DNA of 59,453 nt, the filler included. It is 5 parts of 5 records of this genome, joined end to end, with 100 filler letters (N's around TTAATTAATTAA, not from the genome) between each part and the next. Parts side by side here need not be neighbours in the genome. Positions count along the whole stretch, not along the records: positions 36,338 to 51,783 come from SRR31156797_5750; 4 more parts are not named here. One strand, written 5' to 3'. The position numbers and the translations under genes were made by a program. The notes beneath the pieces were generated by a model. That model saw nothing but the letters and a program-made list of their open reading frames with translations, did not search any database and was not told the DNA's origin. Positions within the stretch are counted from its first letter, which is position 1. Every line of letters begins with the position of its first letter. This document shows positions 38,724 through 48,040 of this stretch, piece by piece.

Positions 38724-40943
38724 ATGATAAGGTATAAATATACAATTAAAGGGATCGTTCAAGGGGTTGGGTTTCGACCTTTTATTTATAAATTGGCAAA
38801 AGAGTTAGACTTAAGAGGTTTTGTACTCAATAACTCTAAAGGAGTCATAGTAGAACTTGAGGGGAAAGTACTCAATATCGAACTATTTGATGAAAGATTA
38901 TTAGAGGAGCTTCCTCCACTTGCTCATATAGATAGCTTTGAAAAGCATCCAATAGCACTTGAAAACTCTTTAGATTTTGAGATTATCCATTCAATAAATA
39001 ATAAAAATAAAACCACTCTTATATCCCCTGATATCAAGATATGTGATGAGTGTATAAAAGATATAAAAAAAGAAGGAAAATATAAAAATTATTTTGCAAC
39101 CAATTGTACGAATTGTGGTCCTAGATACTCCATCATAAAAACAGTCCCTTATGATCGTATAAATACTTCAATGATTGAATTTATTATGTGCCCATCTTGC
39201 CAAGAGGAATATACTGATCCACTCAATAGAAGATATCATGCACAACCTATCTCATGTAATGAGTGTGGACCAAAGATCGCTTTATATAAAAAAGATACCT
39301 TACTTCAAACAAACACTTTATATAAAGATCTTGCAGATATTATTAAAAATGGTAATATAATAGCTATTAAAAGTATTGGAGGATTTCATATAGTTTGTGA
39401 TGCTACAAATGATACTGCAATACAAAAACTACGTCAATATAAAAACCGCCCAACAAAACCTTTTGCAGTTCTGTGCAAAGATCTTGAGAAGATCAAAAGC
39501 TTTGCTAACATCTCTTTAAAAGAGGAAGAGATACTAAGATCAAAAGAAGCACCTATTGTCATACTTGATAAAAAAAACACCAATATTCTAAGTAAACAAG
39601 TAGCTCCAAATATAAATAAAATAGGATGCTTTTTACCTACAACTGCCCTGCACTACTTACTTTTTGAGCATTTAGAAGATCCAATCATAGCAACCAGTGC
39701 AAATCTTGGCGGGGAACCTATTATTACAACAAAAAAAGAGATAGAAGAGAAGCTTCCTTTTATTGAATATATAGTTGATTTTAATAGAGATATTATCAAT
39801 GCCATTGATGATAGTCTTGTGCAAGTTGTCAATAACAAAATTTCTACTCTTAGACTTGCCCGTGGATATGCTCCAAAAGTGATCAAACTTCCTTTTAAGT
39901 TAAATAAAAAGCTTTTAGCTGTTGGAGCTAATTCTAAAAGTACTATTGCAATTGCATTTGAAGATAGTATAATAATAAGTCCTCATATTGGTGATCTAGG
40001 ATCAACAGTGTCATTCGAGTACTTTATGAGAACTATCGAGACTTTTAAAGGATTTTATGAGTTTGAACCTGATATTATCATCACTGATCTTCATCCAAAC
40101 TATGAGAGTACAAAGTGGGCAAAATCCCAAAATAAAGAGCTTTTAGGGGTACAACATCACCTTGCTCATATCTATGCTTTAAAAGCAGAATATAATCTAC
40201 AAAATAGATCTTATATAGGCTTCTGTTTTGATGGAACTGGGTATGGAGAAGATCACACATTATGGGGAGGAGAAGTATTTATTGATGATAAAAGAGTTTA
40301 TAGCTTTAAGCCTATTAAACTCTTAGGGGGAACAAAAGCTATCAAAGAGCCTAGACGTATCGCCCTTGCACTACTTTTTGAAAGGTTTTCTTTTGAAGAG
40401 CTTGAAAACTTAGATCTTCCTACAATAAAAGCTTTTAGTCAAAGTGAATTAAAGCTTTTATACCAAAGTTATCAAAAAAATATTAACTGTTTTGAAACGA
40501 GTTCAGTTGGAAGGCTTTTTGATGCTATTGCTTCCTTTGGCGATATATTACAATTTCTCTCTTATGAAGGGGAAAGTGGACTTATCATTGAGAGTCATTA
40601 TGATCACTCTTATAACAAAATCTTTGAATATACTATTCAAGGTAGTATTATAGATATAAAACTTCTTGAGTATATTTTGGAACATAAAAGCTCAAAAGAA
40701 GAGCTCTCTTCCATGCTTATCAATACACTTTGTCATATAATCATTGAGATATCTTCTTATCATGACCTAGATATCTATTTAACTGGTGGTGTATTTCAAA
40801 ATAAGACTCTTTTAGAAAAAGTAAGTCAAAATCTAGTACAACAAAAAAGAGCATTTTACACCAACAGTACGATCCCAACTAATGATGCTGGAATCTCTTT
40901 AGGACAAATCTATAAAACCTCTTTATCCCTCAAAGCGAAATAA
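38724..40943 (+). CDS. hypF: [NiFe]-hydrogenase maturation carbamoyltransferase
   Basis: GIVQGVGFRPF acylphosphatase domain, zinc fingers (CTNCGPRY, C..C..EY.DP.NRRYHAQ), DLHPNY, QHH.AH, DGTGYG and NDAGISLGQ. Confidence 0.95.
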   Translation: MIRYKYTIKGIVQGVGFRPFIYKLAKELDLRGFVLNNSKGVIVELEGKVLNIELFDERLLEELPPLAHIDSFEKHPIALENSLDFEIIHSINNKNKTTLISPDIKICDECIKDIKKEGKYKNYFATNCTNCGPRYSIIKTVPYDRINTSMIEFIMCPSCQEEYTDPLNRRYHAQPISCNECGPKIALYKKDTLLQTNTLYKDLADIIKNGNIIAIKSIGGFHIVCDATNDTAIQKLRQYKNRPTKPFAVLCKDLEKIKSFANISLKEEEILRSKEAPIVILDKKNTNILSKQVAPNINKIGCFLPTTALHYLLFEHLEDPIIATSANLGGEPIITTKKEIEEKLPFIEYIVDFNRDIINAIDDSLVQVVNNKISTLRLARGYAPKVIKLPFKLNKKLLAVGANSKSTIAIAFEDSIIISPHIGDLGSTVSFEYFMRTIETFKGFYEFEPDIIITDLHPNYESTKWAKSQNKELLGVQHHLAHIYALKAEYNLQNRSYIGFCFDGTGYGEDHTLWGGEVFIDDKRVYSFKPIKLLGGTKAIKEPRRIALALLFERFSFEELENLDLPTIKAFSQSELKLLYQSYQKNINCFETSSVGRLFDAIASFGDILQFLSYEGESGLIIESHYDHSYNKIFEYTIQGSIIDIKLLEYILEHKSSKEELSSMLINTLCHIIIEISSYHDLDIYLTGGVFQNKTLLEKVSQNLVQQKRAFYTNSTIPTNDAGISLGQIYKTSLSLKAK

Positions 40944-40985
40944 AACCTTTATAAGCTTATAATTGCAAAAAACTGGGGAAGTACT

Positions 40986-43900
40986 ATGGATCAAAATAGC
41001 TTAGCATCACTCTTAGACACTCATTATAACTCTGTTGAACAGGTTATTCTTTCAAAACAAAACCCAATTACAGGGCTTCTTCCTGCAAGTACTGCTGTTA
41101 ACTCCCATGGAGATTATACAGATGCTTGGGTACGAGATAATGTATATAGTATCTTAAGTGTTTGGGGCTTATCACTTGCGTATAAAAAATATATCCCTGA
41201 TCACCATAGAACTTTTATATTACAACAAAGTGTAATAAAACTGATGCGTGGACTTTTAACTTCCATGATGAGACAATCAAATAAAGTAGAAACTTTTAAA
41301 AATACCCTTAAACCATATGATGCACTCCATGCAAAGTATGGAACTGATACAGGACTGAGTGTAGTTGGAGATGATGAATGGGGACACCTGCAACTTGATG
41401 CAACCTCTTTATATCTACTTATGCTCACTCAAATGATCGCCTCAGGTCTTAAGATCGTCTATACTATGGATGAAGTAAATTTTATCCAAAATCTTGTGCA
41501 TTATATTAGTAGAAGCTATTGTACAGCAGATTATGGTATTTGGGAGCGTGGAAATAAGATAAACCATGGAGAACCAGAGATCAACTGTAGCTCAGTTGGT
41601 ATGGCAAAAGCTGCTTTAGAAGCTTTAAAAGGATTTAACCTTTTTGGAAATATCCTCTCCCAAGAAGCTGTCATTCATGTAATCCCAAACGATATCGCAC
41701 GATCACGTTTTACCCTGCAAGGTTTGCTCCCAAGAGAATCAAACTCAAAAGAAACAGATGCTGCACTTCTTAGTATCATAGGATATCCTGCATATGCTGT
41801 TGAGAGTAGTGAATTAGTAGAAAAAACTAGAAATAAGATCATTAAAAAACTTTGTGGGGAATATGGATGTAAAAGATTTTTACTTGATGGTCACCAAAGT
41901 GTTTTAGAAGATCCCCATAGACTTCACTATGAACCAAGTGAGCTTAAAGAGTTTGAGCATATTGAATCTCAGTGGCCTCTTTTTTATACCTATCTGCTTC
42001 TAGATGCTATTATGAGAAATGATCATGAGAAGATAACTTATTGGAGAGAAAAGCTAGAGAATACTTTTGTCCAAAAAGATGGAGAGAAACTTTTACCTGA
42101 GCTGTACTTCGTACCACAAGAATCAATTGAAGCTGAAAAAGAGACTCCAAACTCACAAAAAAGAGTTCCAAATGAGAACCTTCCTCTTGTTTGGGCACAA
42201 AGCCTTTATCAGCTCTCACAAATGATCATAGATGGGATACTTCTACCTGATGAGATAGATCCTTTAAAAAGAAGACAAAAACTTGGACTTTGCAAACAAA
42301 CCTATCCTTTGGTATCTATTTTATCTCAAAATGAGAGTGTAAAACAAAGCCTTGCAAATTATGGAATCTTTTCTGAGACTATTGGAGATGTAGCTCCTAT
42401 TAAAATAATGTATTCAAATGAGCTTTCACGTGTCCATACACTTCTTGGGAAAAATGACAAATTAGGACTAAGTGGTCGTCCCTATGCAGAATCTAGAACA
42501 ATCACCACTTCTTATATCCATCTCTTAGATGGAGAAAAAATCATTTTCTTACCATACTATTTTAATCCAAAAGGGTTTTATTTTAGTTATGATAATAAGC
42601 TTTTAGTAGATCATTTTAGATCTTCTCTAAAGTTTCTCTCACTCCATTGGGATGATAAAGGACAACCACTCATTGTCTTTTTTGTAAGAGAAGATATGCT
42701 AAGTGTGAATGATAAAAAAGATGTATTGGAGCTTTTAAATGATCTTCAAAATCCAGACTATAAAGATATGCCACTTAAAACTGGTCCACTAGCACAGCTT
42801 TTAAATACTGCTGCGATCGAAAGGATCGATTATCTTCATGGGATAAAAATAGATAATATCATCCATACTGAAGAGTCGTTTAATACCAAAGAGTTTCATC
42901 AAAATAATGAATACGGCTATCAGATAAATAGTAAAAACCTTATAGAACTTGATACTTTAGATGATCTCAGTCTACTAGAGCTTGTCACTACTCATAAAAA
43001 TAGACTTAAATCTGCTATCTCACTAAGCAAACTTTTTGAAAGATCAAAAGATTGTTATAAACTTGATATTGAGGGAAAAGAGATAAACCTTTGTGATATA
43101 GCAGAACACCAGTATGTCACAGCTACACTTTCTCATGATTGGGCGGTGGTAAGACGTCTTGCACAGATCACCAATAAATATGATGATAAACTTGAAGATG
43201 CGCTTTTAGAAGTGATCATCCGTCAAAAGCATCTAGCAGTTGGTCGAGCATATAATGAAGATGCAACCTTAACCCAACCTCTTGATTCACAAACAATTGT
43301 AAAAGTTGTCAATCAACACTGTGGGGATAATACGGCTGAAAAGATCCTTACCCAAGAGATCATTTTACATCTTGGTCATCTTATTCGAATAGAGCCACAT
43401 CTTTTTGAAAATACTTTGACTCTTCGAACTTGGTATTATGTACAATTGATGGTAAGTCAGATCTGTATCGATCAAAACTTATCAATTGCAGATGGATATG
43501 AATATCTTATCTCTTTATCTCCTTATGATATTTATAATACTTTAAAAACCATCCTAGAATCATTTAATGAAAAAGCGGCTCAGCTAAAATATCATGAAAA
43601 ACTTCATAGTTCAGGCTTAACAAATTTTCAAAGCTTATTAGCAACACTAAAACTTGATGAAAACCATGAGATCAAGGATTGGAAACAATGGAGAGTTGAA
43701 GCGGGAATGTTAGGGCATAGTAGTGAAAAGCTACATAAAAAAGTATGGTATATTCTACAACAGTGTAATGGAGTAGTAATAGGTGATAAATATGATCTAA
43801 AAACTAGAATTGGAAATGAGCTCACCCATAAATCAACTGCCAATGAGAGAAGTTTTGAGATCCTTGTAGATACGCAACTCCATAAGATACACTCTCCAGA

Positions 43901-44171
43901 ATATAGACAGCTTAATGTTGAACTGATACAAACACTTGATAGATTATTGCGAGAAAATAGCTCTATCTATATAGAAGATGATCTTATCTTTGATGTTATC
44001 ATTGGTCATGCTGTAAAAATAGTATGGTGTGAGGGGAAAGATATATGTTTATATGATGAAGAAAAAGCACCAGCTTGGGAATCATTTTATAAACTCTCCA
44101 TGAAAAAAGTGGATGAAGCTTTTGTAAAATCTTTAAAGTACTTACTATTAGAGGAGTTACCAAAATCATGA
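40986..44171 (+). CDS. Glycoside hydrolase family 15 protein, phosphorylase kinase alpha/beta-like
   Basis: QNPITGLLPAS, AWVRDNVY, WGHLQLDATS, DYGIWERG.K.NHG, LPRESNSKETDAALL and PLVWAQS; 1061 aa. Confidence 0.85.
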   Translation: MDQNSLASLLDTHYNSVEQVILSKQNPITGLLPASTAVNSHGDYTDAWVRDNVYSILSVWGLSLAYKKYIPDHHRTFILQQSVIKLMRGLLTSMMRQSNKVETFKNTLKPYDALHAKYGTDTGLSVVGDDEWGHLQLDATSLYLLMLTQMIASGLKIVYTMDEVNFIQNLVHYISRSYCTADYGIWERGNKINHGEPEINCSSVGMAKAALEALKGFNLFGNILSQEAVIHVIPNDIARSRFTLQGLLPRESNSKETDAALLSIIGYPAYAVESSELVEKTRNKIIKKLCGEYGCKRFLLDGHQSVLEDPHRLHYEPSELKEFEHIESQWPLFYTYLLLDAIMRNDHEKITYWREKLENTFVQKDGEKLLPELYFVPQESIEAEKETPNSQKRVPNENLPLVWAQSLYQLSQMIIDGILLPDEIDPLKRRQKLGLCKQTYPLVSILSQNESVKQSLANYGIFSETIGDVAPIKIMYSNELSRVHTLLGKNDKLGLSGRPYAESRTITTSYIHLLDGEKIIFLPYYFNPKGFYFSYDNKLLVDHFRSSLKFLSLHWDDKGQPLIVFFVREDMLSVNDKKDVLELLNDLQNPDYKDMPLKTGPLAQLLNTAAIERIDYLHGIKIDNIIHTEESFNTKEFHQNNEYGYQINSKNLIELDTLDDLSLLELVTTHKNRLKSAISLSKLFERSKDCYKLDIEGKEINLCDIAEHQYVTATLSHDWAVVRRLAQITNKYDDKLEDALLEVIIRQKHLAVGRAYNEDATLTQPLDSQTIVKVVNQHCGDNTAEKILTQEIILHLGHLIRIEPHLFENTLTLRTWYYVQLMVSQICIDQNLSIADGYEYLISLSPYDIYNTLKTILESFNEKAAQLKYHEKLHSSGLTNFQSLLATLKLDENHEIKDWKQWRVEAGMLGHSSEKLHKKVWYILQQCNGVVIGDKYDLKTRIGNELTHKSTANERSFEILVDTQLHKIHSPEYRQLNVELIQTLDRLLRENSSIYIEDDLIFDVIIGHAVKIVWCEGKDICLYDEEKAPAWESFYKLSMKKVDEAFVKSLKYLLLEELPKS

Positions 44172-45148
44172 TCTTAGGTGTAGATATAGGGGGAACAAAA
44201 GTAAATATTGCCCTTTTTAAAGAAGAGAATAAAAAACTTATCATAGAACTTGAAGAGCAATACCCAAGTAAACAGTATAACTCTTTAGTAAATATCTTAG
44301 AAGAATTCACCTCTAAACATAAAGATATCACTATCACAAAAACCTGCTTTGGAATTGCAGGACCAGTGATAGATGGAAGATGTATCACTACAAATCTTCC
44401 TTGGAATATCAGTATACAAGAGCTTCAAAAATTTTTTAAAATTGAGCAAGTGGCACTTATCAATGATCTTGAAGCTACTGCTTATGGGATGCTTTATCTT
44501 GAAGAGGATAAATTTATCTCACTGAATCCAAAAGGGATACAAAAAGAAGCAAATAAAGCAATTGTAGCAGCAGGAACAGGACTCGGTGAAGCTCAACTTT
44601 TCTTTGATGGAGAAAACTATCATCCAATAGGGTGTGAAGGTGGACATACAGACTTTGCTCCACAAGATGCAGTGCAAGATAGATTACTCGTATGGCTACG
44701 AGATCGTTTTCCTGATCATGTGAGTTATGAAAGAGTACTTTGTGGAAGTGGGATCTTTTTACTTTATCAGTTTTTATGTGAAGATGAAAATATCCCTTTT
44801 CATGATCTTATTCAAAATCCAAAAGAGGATGAAGATAAAAGTGCTATAGTATCACAACTAGCACTGAGTCAAAATGATCAAATAGCAGTAAAAACCTTAA
44901 AGCTTTTTTCTAAAATATATGGAGCTGAAGCTGGGAATATGGCTTTAAAAGCAATGTCTTTAGGTGGCGTTTATATAGGTGGAGGGATCGCTCCCAAAAT
45001 ACTACCAATCTTAAAAGAACACTTTTTAGGAAGTTTTTTAGCAAAAGGAAGATTTCAATCACTTTTAGAAACAATGGAAGTAAAAATCTCTTTAGAAGAT
45101 AAAACAGCTCTTTTAGGAGCTGCTTATTATGCGAGAGATAAGTTTTAA
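44168..45148 (+). CDS. glk: Glucokinase
   Basis: DIGGTK, GIAGPV, TNLPW, INDLEA, GTGLGEA, EGGH.DFAP and GGVYIGGGIAPKI. ATGA overlap with the GH15 gene. Confidence 0.93.
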   Translation: MILGVDIGGTKVNIALFKEENKKLIIELEEQYPSKQYNSLVNILEEFTSKHKDITITKTCFGIAGPVIDGRCITTNLPWNISIQELQKFFKIEQVALINDLEATAYGMLYLEEDKFISLNPKGIQKEANKAIVAAGTGLGEAQLFFDGENYHPIGCEGGHTDFAPQDAVQDRLLVWLRDRFPDHVSYERVLCGSGIFLLYQFLCEDENIPFHDLIQNPKEDEDKSAIVSQLALSQNDQIAVKTLKLFSKIYGAEAGNMALKAMSLGGVYIGGGIAPKILPILKEHFLGSFLAKGRFQSLLETMEVKISLEDKTALLGAAYYARDKF

Positions 45149-45158
45149 ACTTATCTCT
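45134..45158. terminator. Palindrome / probable terminator between convergent glk and rhodanese genes
   Basis: AGAGATAAGTTT-T-AAACTTATCTCT perfect inverted repeat overlapping the glk stop. Confidence 0.55.
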
Positions 45159-45165
45159 TAATAAT

Positions 45166-46356
45166 TTATATACCTAAAGGTGCATTAGGTTCTATTTTAC
45201 AGTTTCCCTTCCCATCACATTCAATATTTGCATCAAGATAAAATACATTATCGATTCTTTCATATTTTATCTCTTGTAAAAACCCTCTTGCTTCTAAGCC
45301 TCTTGTCCCTGTACCACAAAAGAAGATCACATCTCCACTTTGAGGGATAGCTTTTGCTAACTCTTTTGGAGTCATTTTCTCAGCTTGGATATTGATTGCT
45401 CCTGGAATTGTCCCTTTTTTATAATCACTCGGTGCTCTTACATCAACTAAAGTTACAGATTTTGGAAATTTTTTATAATTTTTTACAAACCATTCCCCAT
45501 CAACAGTTCCTTTATCCACACCTTGCTCTAGCACACCACTTTTACTAAGCCCTCTTTTTTTCAATGAGGTTTTTGCTACTGCACCAGAACTTCCTGTAAT
45601 ATTATAGTTCTTTTTCTTCCAATCTGGAAAACCAGCTGCTAAAACTTTTACATTTGTATATCCAAGTGCTACAAGTTTATTTGCTACAGAGTGCGATTTA
45701 TGACAATTAAACCCTCCACAAAATGGAACAATTGCAGCAGTTTTATCTACTGGCATAAATTTAGCATATTTTTCAAACTTTGTATCTGGAACACCCATTG
45801 ACCCTACAATAGTACTTCCAGCAAATTTTGGCCAAGGTCTTGCATCGATAAAAAGTGCATCTTGTTTGTCAAATAATACTTTTGCAACTTTTGTATCTAT
45901 CTCTACATAGTTTTTCTTTTTCCACTCAGGAAGTCCCTCAGTGTAAACCTTAACATTTTTATGCCCTTTTTTAATAAGTGCAATTGCTACTTTTGGAGAT
46001 TTTACACATTTAATTCCACCACAATACACGATCACTTCTTTGTTTTTATCTATTTTTCCATAAAGGATATCGTATAGAGTATCAAACTTTGTATCTGGAA
46101 GTGGTTGAGCACTCGGGATGTGAGATACTTTATATTTTTTTAAAGGACGAGCATCTAGGATCAATGATTTTGCTCCTTTTCTAGTCCCATCACCGATAGC
46201 TTTTAATACATAGTTATAATCTACAACTTTAAGATTATTCTCTTTTATCAGCTTTTGCACCTCTGCTGAAGTTTCATTTGCCCCTGCAAAACCAGTAAAC
46301 ATTACAAGCAATAATGAAGCGAATAATAACTTTGCCATTTTGTTGATCTCTTTCAT
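45166..46356 (-). CDS. Exported three-domain rhodanese (sulfurtransferase)
   Basis: Signal peptide and three rhodanese repeats (LDARP..Y..SHIPSA, IDARP, VDVRAP..Y..GTIPGA) with loops YCGGIKC, FCGGFNC and FCGTGTR. Confidence 0.88.
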   Translation of the reverse strand: MKEINKMAKLLFASLLLVMFTGFAGANETSAEVQKLIKENNLKVVDYNYVLKAIGDGTRKGAKSLILDARPLKKYKVSHIPSAQPLPDTKFDTLYDILYGKIDKNKEVIVYCGGIKCVKSPKVAIALIKKGHKNVKVYTEGLPEWKKKNYVEIDTKVAKVLFDKQDALFIDARPWPKFAGSTIVGSMGVPDTKFEKYAKFMPVDKTAAIVPFCGGFNCHKSHSVANKLVALGYTNVKVLAAGFPDWKKKNYNITGSSGAVAKTSLKKRGLSKSGVLEQGVDKGTVDGEWFVKNYKKFPKSVTLVDVRAPSDYKKGTIPGAINIQAEKMTPKELAKAIPQSGDVIFFCGTGTRGLEARGFLQEIKYERIDNVFYLDANIECDGKGNCKIEPNAPLGI

Positions 46357-46495
46357 GATGTCTCCTTTTTAAAGTTCAAGATAATCATAACAAATTCTTA
46401 ACTAAAAATTCAATCATTTTATCTTTCTTTTAACAAAATTGTATCATAATTTTATTAAAGAATGAACAATCATTCATAATACCAAGGAGTTTATC

Positions 46496-47884
46496 ATGGT
46501 AAGTAAAGAAAGAACATTTGAAGTTTTAGAGAGTTTTAGTCGTAGAGATGCTATCAAAGCCCTTGGTCTCATCTCTACAACCCCTTATTTGCTAAATACT
46601 CAAGCAAAAGCCTCTGTAAAATCACAAGCAAAAATTGTAATCGTAGGTGGTGGAGCTGGTGGGATAACAGTGGCTGCAAGACTAAATAGAGCTATGGATA
46701 ATCCAGATATAACTATAATAGAGCCAAGCTCACGCCATGTATATCAAGCAGGCCACACTTTAGTAGGTGGTGGGATTACAAAAGCAGAAAAACTGATACG
46801 AAGTACACAAGAGTATATTCCAGACACAGCAAAATGGATACAAACAAAAGCTACAAATATAGATCCAGAATCACAAAAAGTAAGCCTAGAAAATGGTGAA
46901 GTACTAAGCTATGATTATCTTGTAGTTTGTCCAGGCTTACAATATGACTGGAATAGAATAGAAGGGCTTGATCCAAACACCATAGGACAAAATGGTCTTA
47001 ATACTATCTATACACTTGATGGTGCTATAAAAACATGGGAAAATATCCAAGCCTTTGCAAAAAAAGGTGGAGAAGCGATCTTTACCCATCCTGATACTCC
47101 TATTAAATGTGGAGGAGCTCCAAAAAAGATCATGTATATTATGGATGATTATTTACGACAACAAGGGATGAGAGATAAAGCAAACCTCCACTATAACGCA
47201 AATAGTGGGAAACTTTTTACTATTCCAGTTTTTGCAGAGGCTATCAAAGGTCACTTTACTGAACGAAATATGAACTATAAACTAGGACATAACTTAGTAA
47301 AAATAGACCCAGATAAAAAAATAGCTACCTTTGCTACAAAAGTAAAAACAAAAGGTGCATGGGATCCTGATCTAGAAGAGTATGAAGAGATCATAGAAGA
47401 TAAACTTATTACTCAGCCTTATGACTTTATACATGTGCCACCTCCAATGAGTGCACCTGATTTTATCAAAGACTCCCCTCTTCCATGGACAAAAGGAGCT
47501 GCTGGAAAACTAGGACTTATTGATGTGGATAAATATACACTCCAACACAATCGTTATAATAACGTGTTCTCTTTAGGAGATGTCATAGGAGCTCCATATG
47601 GAAGAACAGGAGGAAGTGTAAGAAAACAAGCTCCAGTATTAGTAGAAAATATGCTTAGCGTTATGCAAGGTAAAGAAGCTACTGCAAAATTTAGCGGATA
47701 TACAGTATGTCCTATTATCACAAGATATGGAAAAGTTATGCTTGCAGAGTTTGACTATACTGGTGGTGTAGCTCCAACAATCCCTGGAATTGATCCAACA
47801 CAGGAAAGATGGATGTGGTGGATTATGAAAGTATATATTTTAGAGCCTATGTATTTTTATGGGATGCTTAGAGGGTTAGCGTAA
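46496..47884 (+). CDS. sqr: Sulfide:quinone oxidoreductase-like flavoprotein (type II-like), Tat-exported
   Basis: SRRDAIK twin-Arg leader, IVGGGAGG FAD motif, KCGGAPKK and GYTVCP catalytic Cys motifs, MLAEFDY. Confidence 0.78.
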   Translation: MVSKERTFEVLESFSRRDAIKALGLISTTPYLLNTQAKASVKSQAKIVIVGGGAGGITVAARLNRAMDNPDITIIEPSSRHVYQAGHTLVGGGITKAEKLIRSTQEYIPDTAKWIQTKATNIDPESQKVSLENGEVLSYDYLVVCPGLQYDWNRIEGLDPNTIGQNGLNTIYTLDGAIKTWENIQAFAKKGGEAIFTHPDTPIKCGGAPKKIMYIMDDYLRQQGMRDKANLHYNANSGKLFTIPVFAEAIKGHFTERNMNYKLGHNLVKIDPDKKIATFATKVKTKGAWDPDLEEYEEIIEDKLITQPYDFIHVPPPMSAPDFIKDSPLPWTKGAAGKLGLIDVDKYTLQHNRYNNVFSLGDVIGAPYGRTGGSVRKQAPVLVENMLSVMQGKEATAKFSGYTVCPIITRYGKVMLAEFDYTGGVAPTIPGIDPTQERWMWWIMKVYILEPMYFYGMLRGLA

Positions 47885-47895
47885 CTTATCAATTT

Positions 47896-47926
47896 AGAAG
47901 TCGTTTTCTACGACTTCTTCTCTTTT
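47896..47926 (+). terminator. Intrinsic terminator after sqr
   Basis: AGAAGTCGT-TTTCT-ACGACTTCT followed by TCTCTTTT. Confidence 0.7.
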
Positions 47927-48040
47927 AATATTAACTTTTACTTAAATTAGCTATCCGTTTTCGATTTTTTTAGTATTTGTGACAGGAATTTTGACACTTT
48001 TATTTTATAATAATTTAAATTTAAAATAATAAGGAAAACA

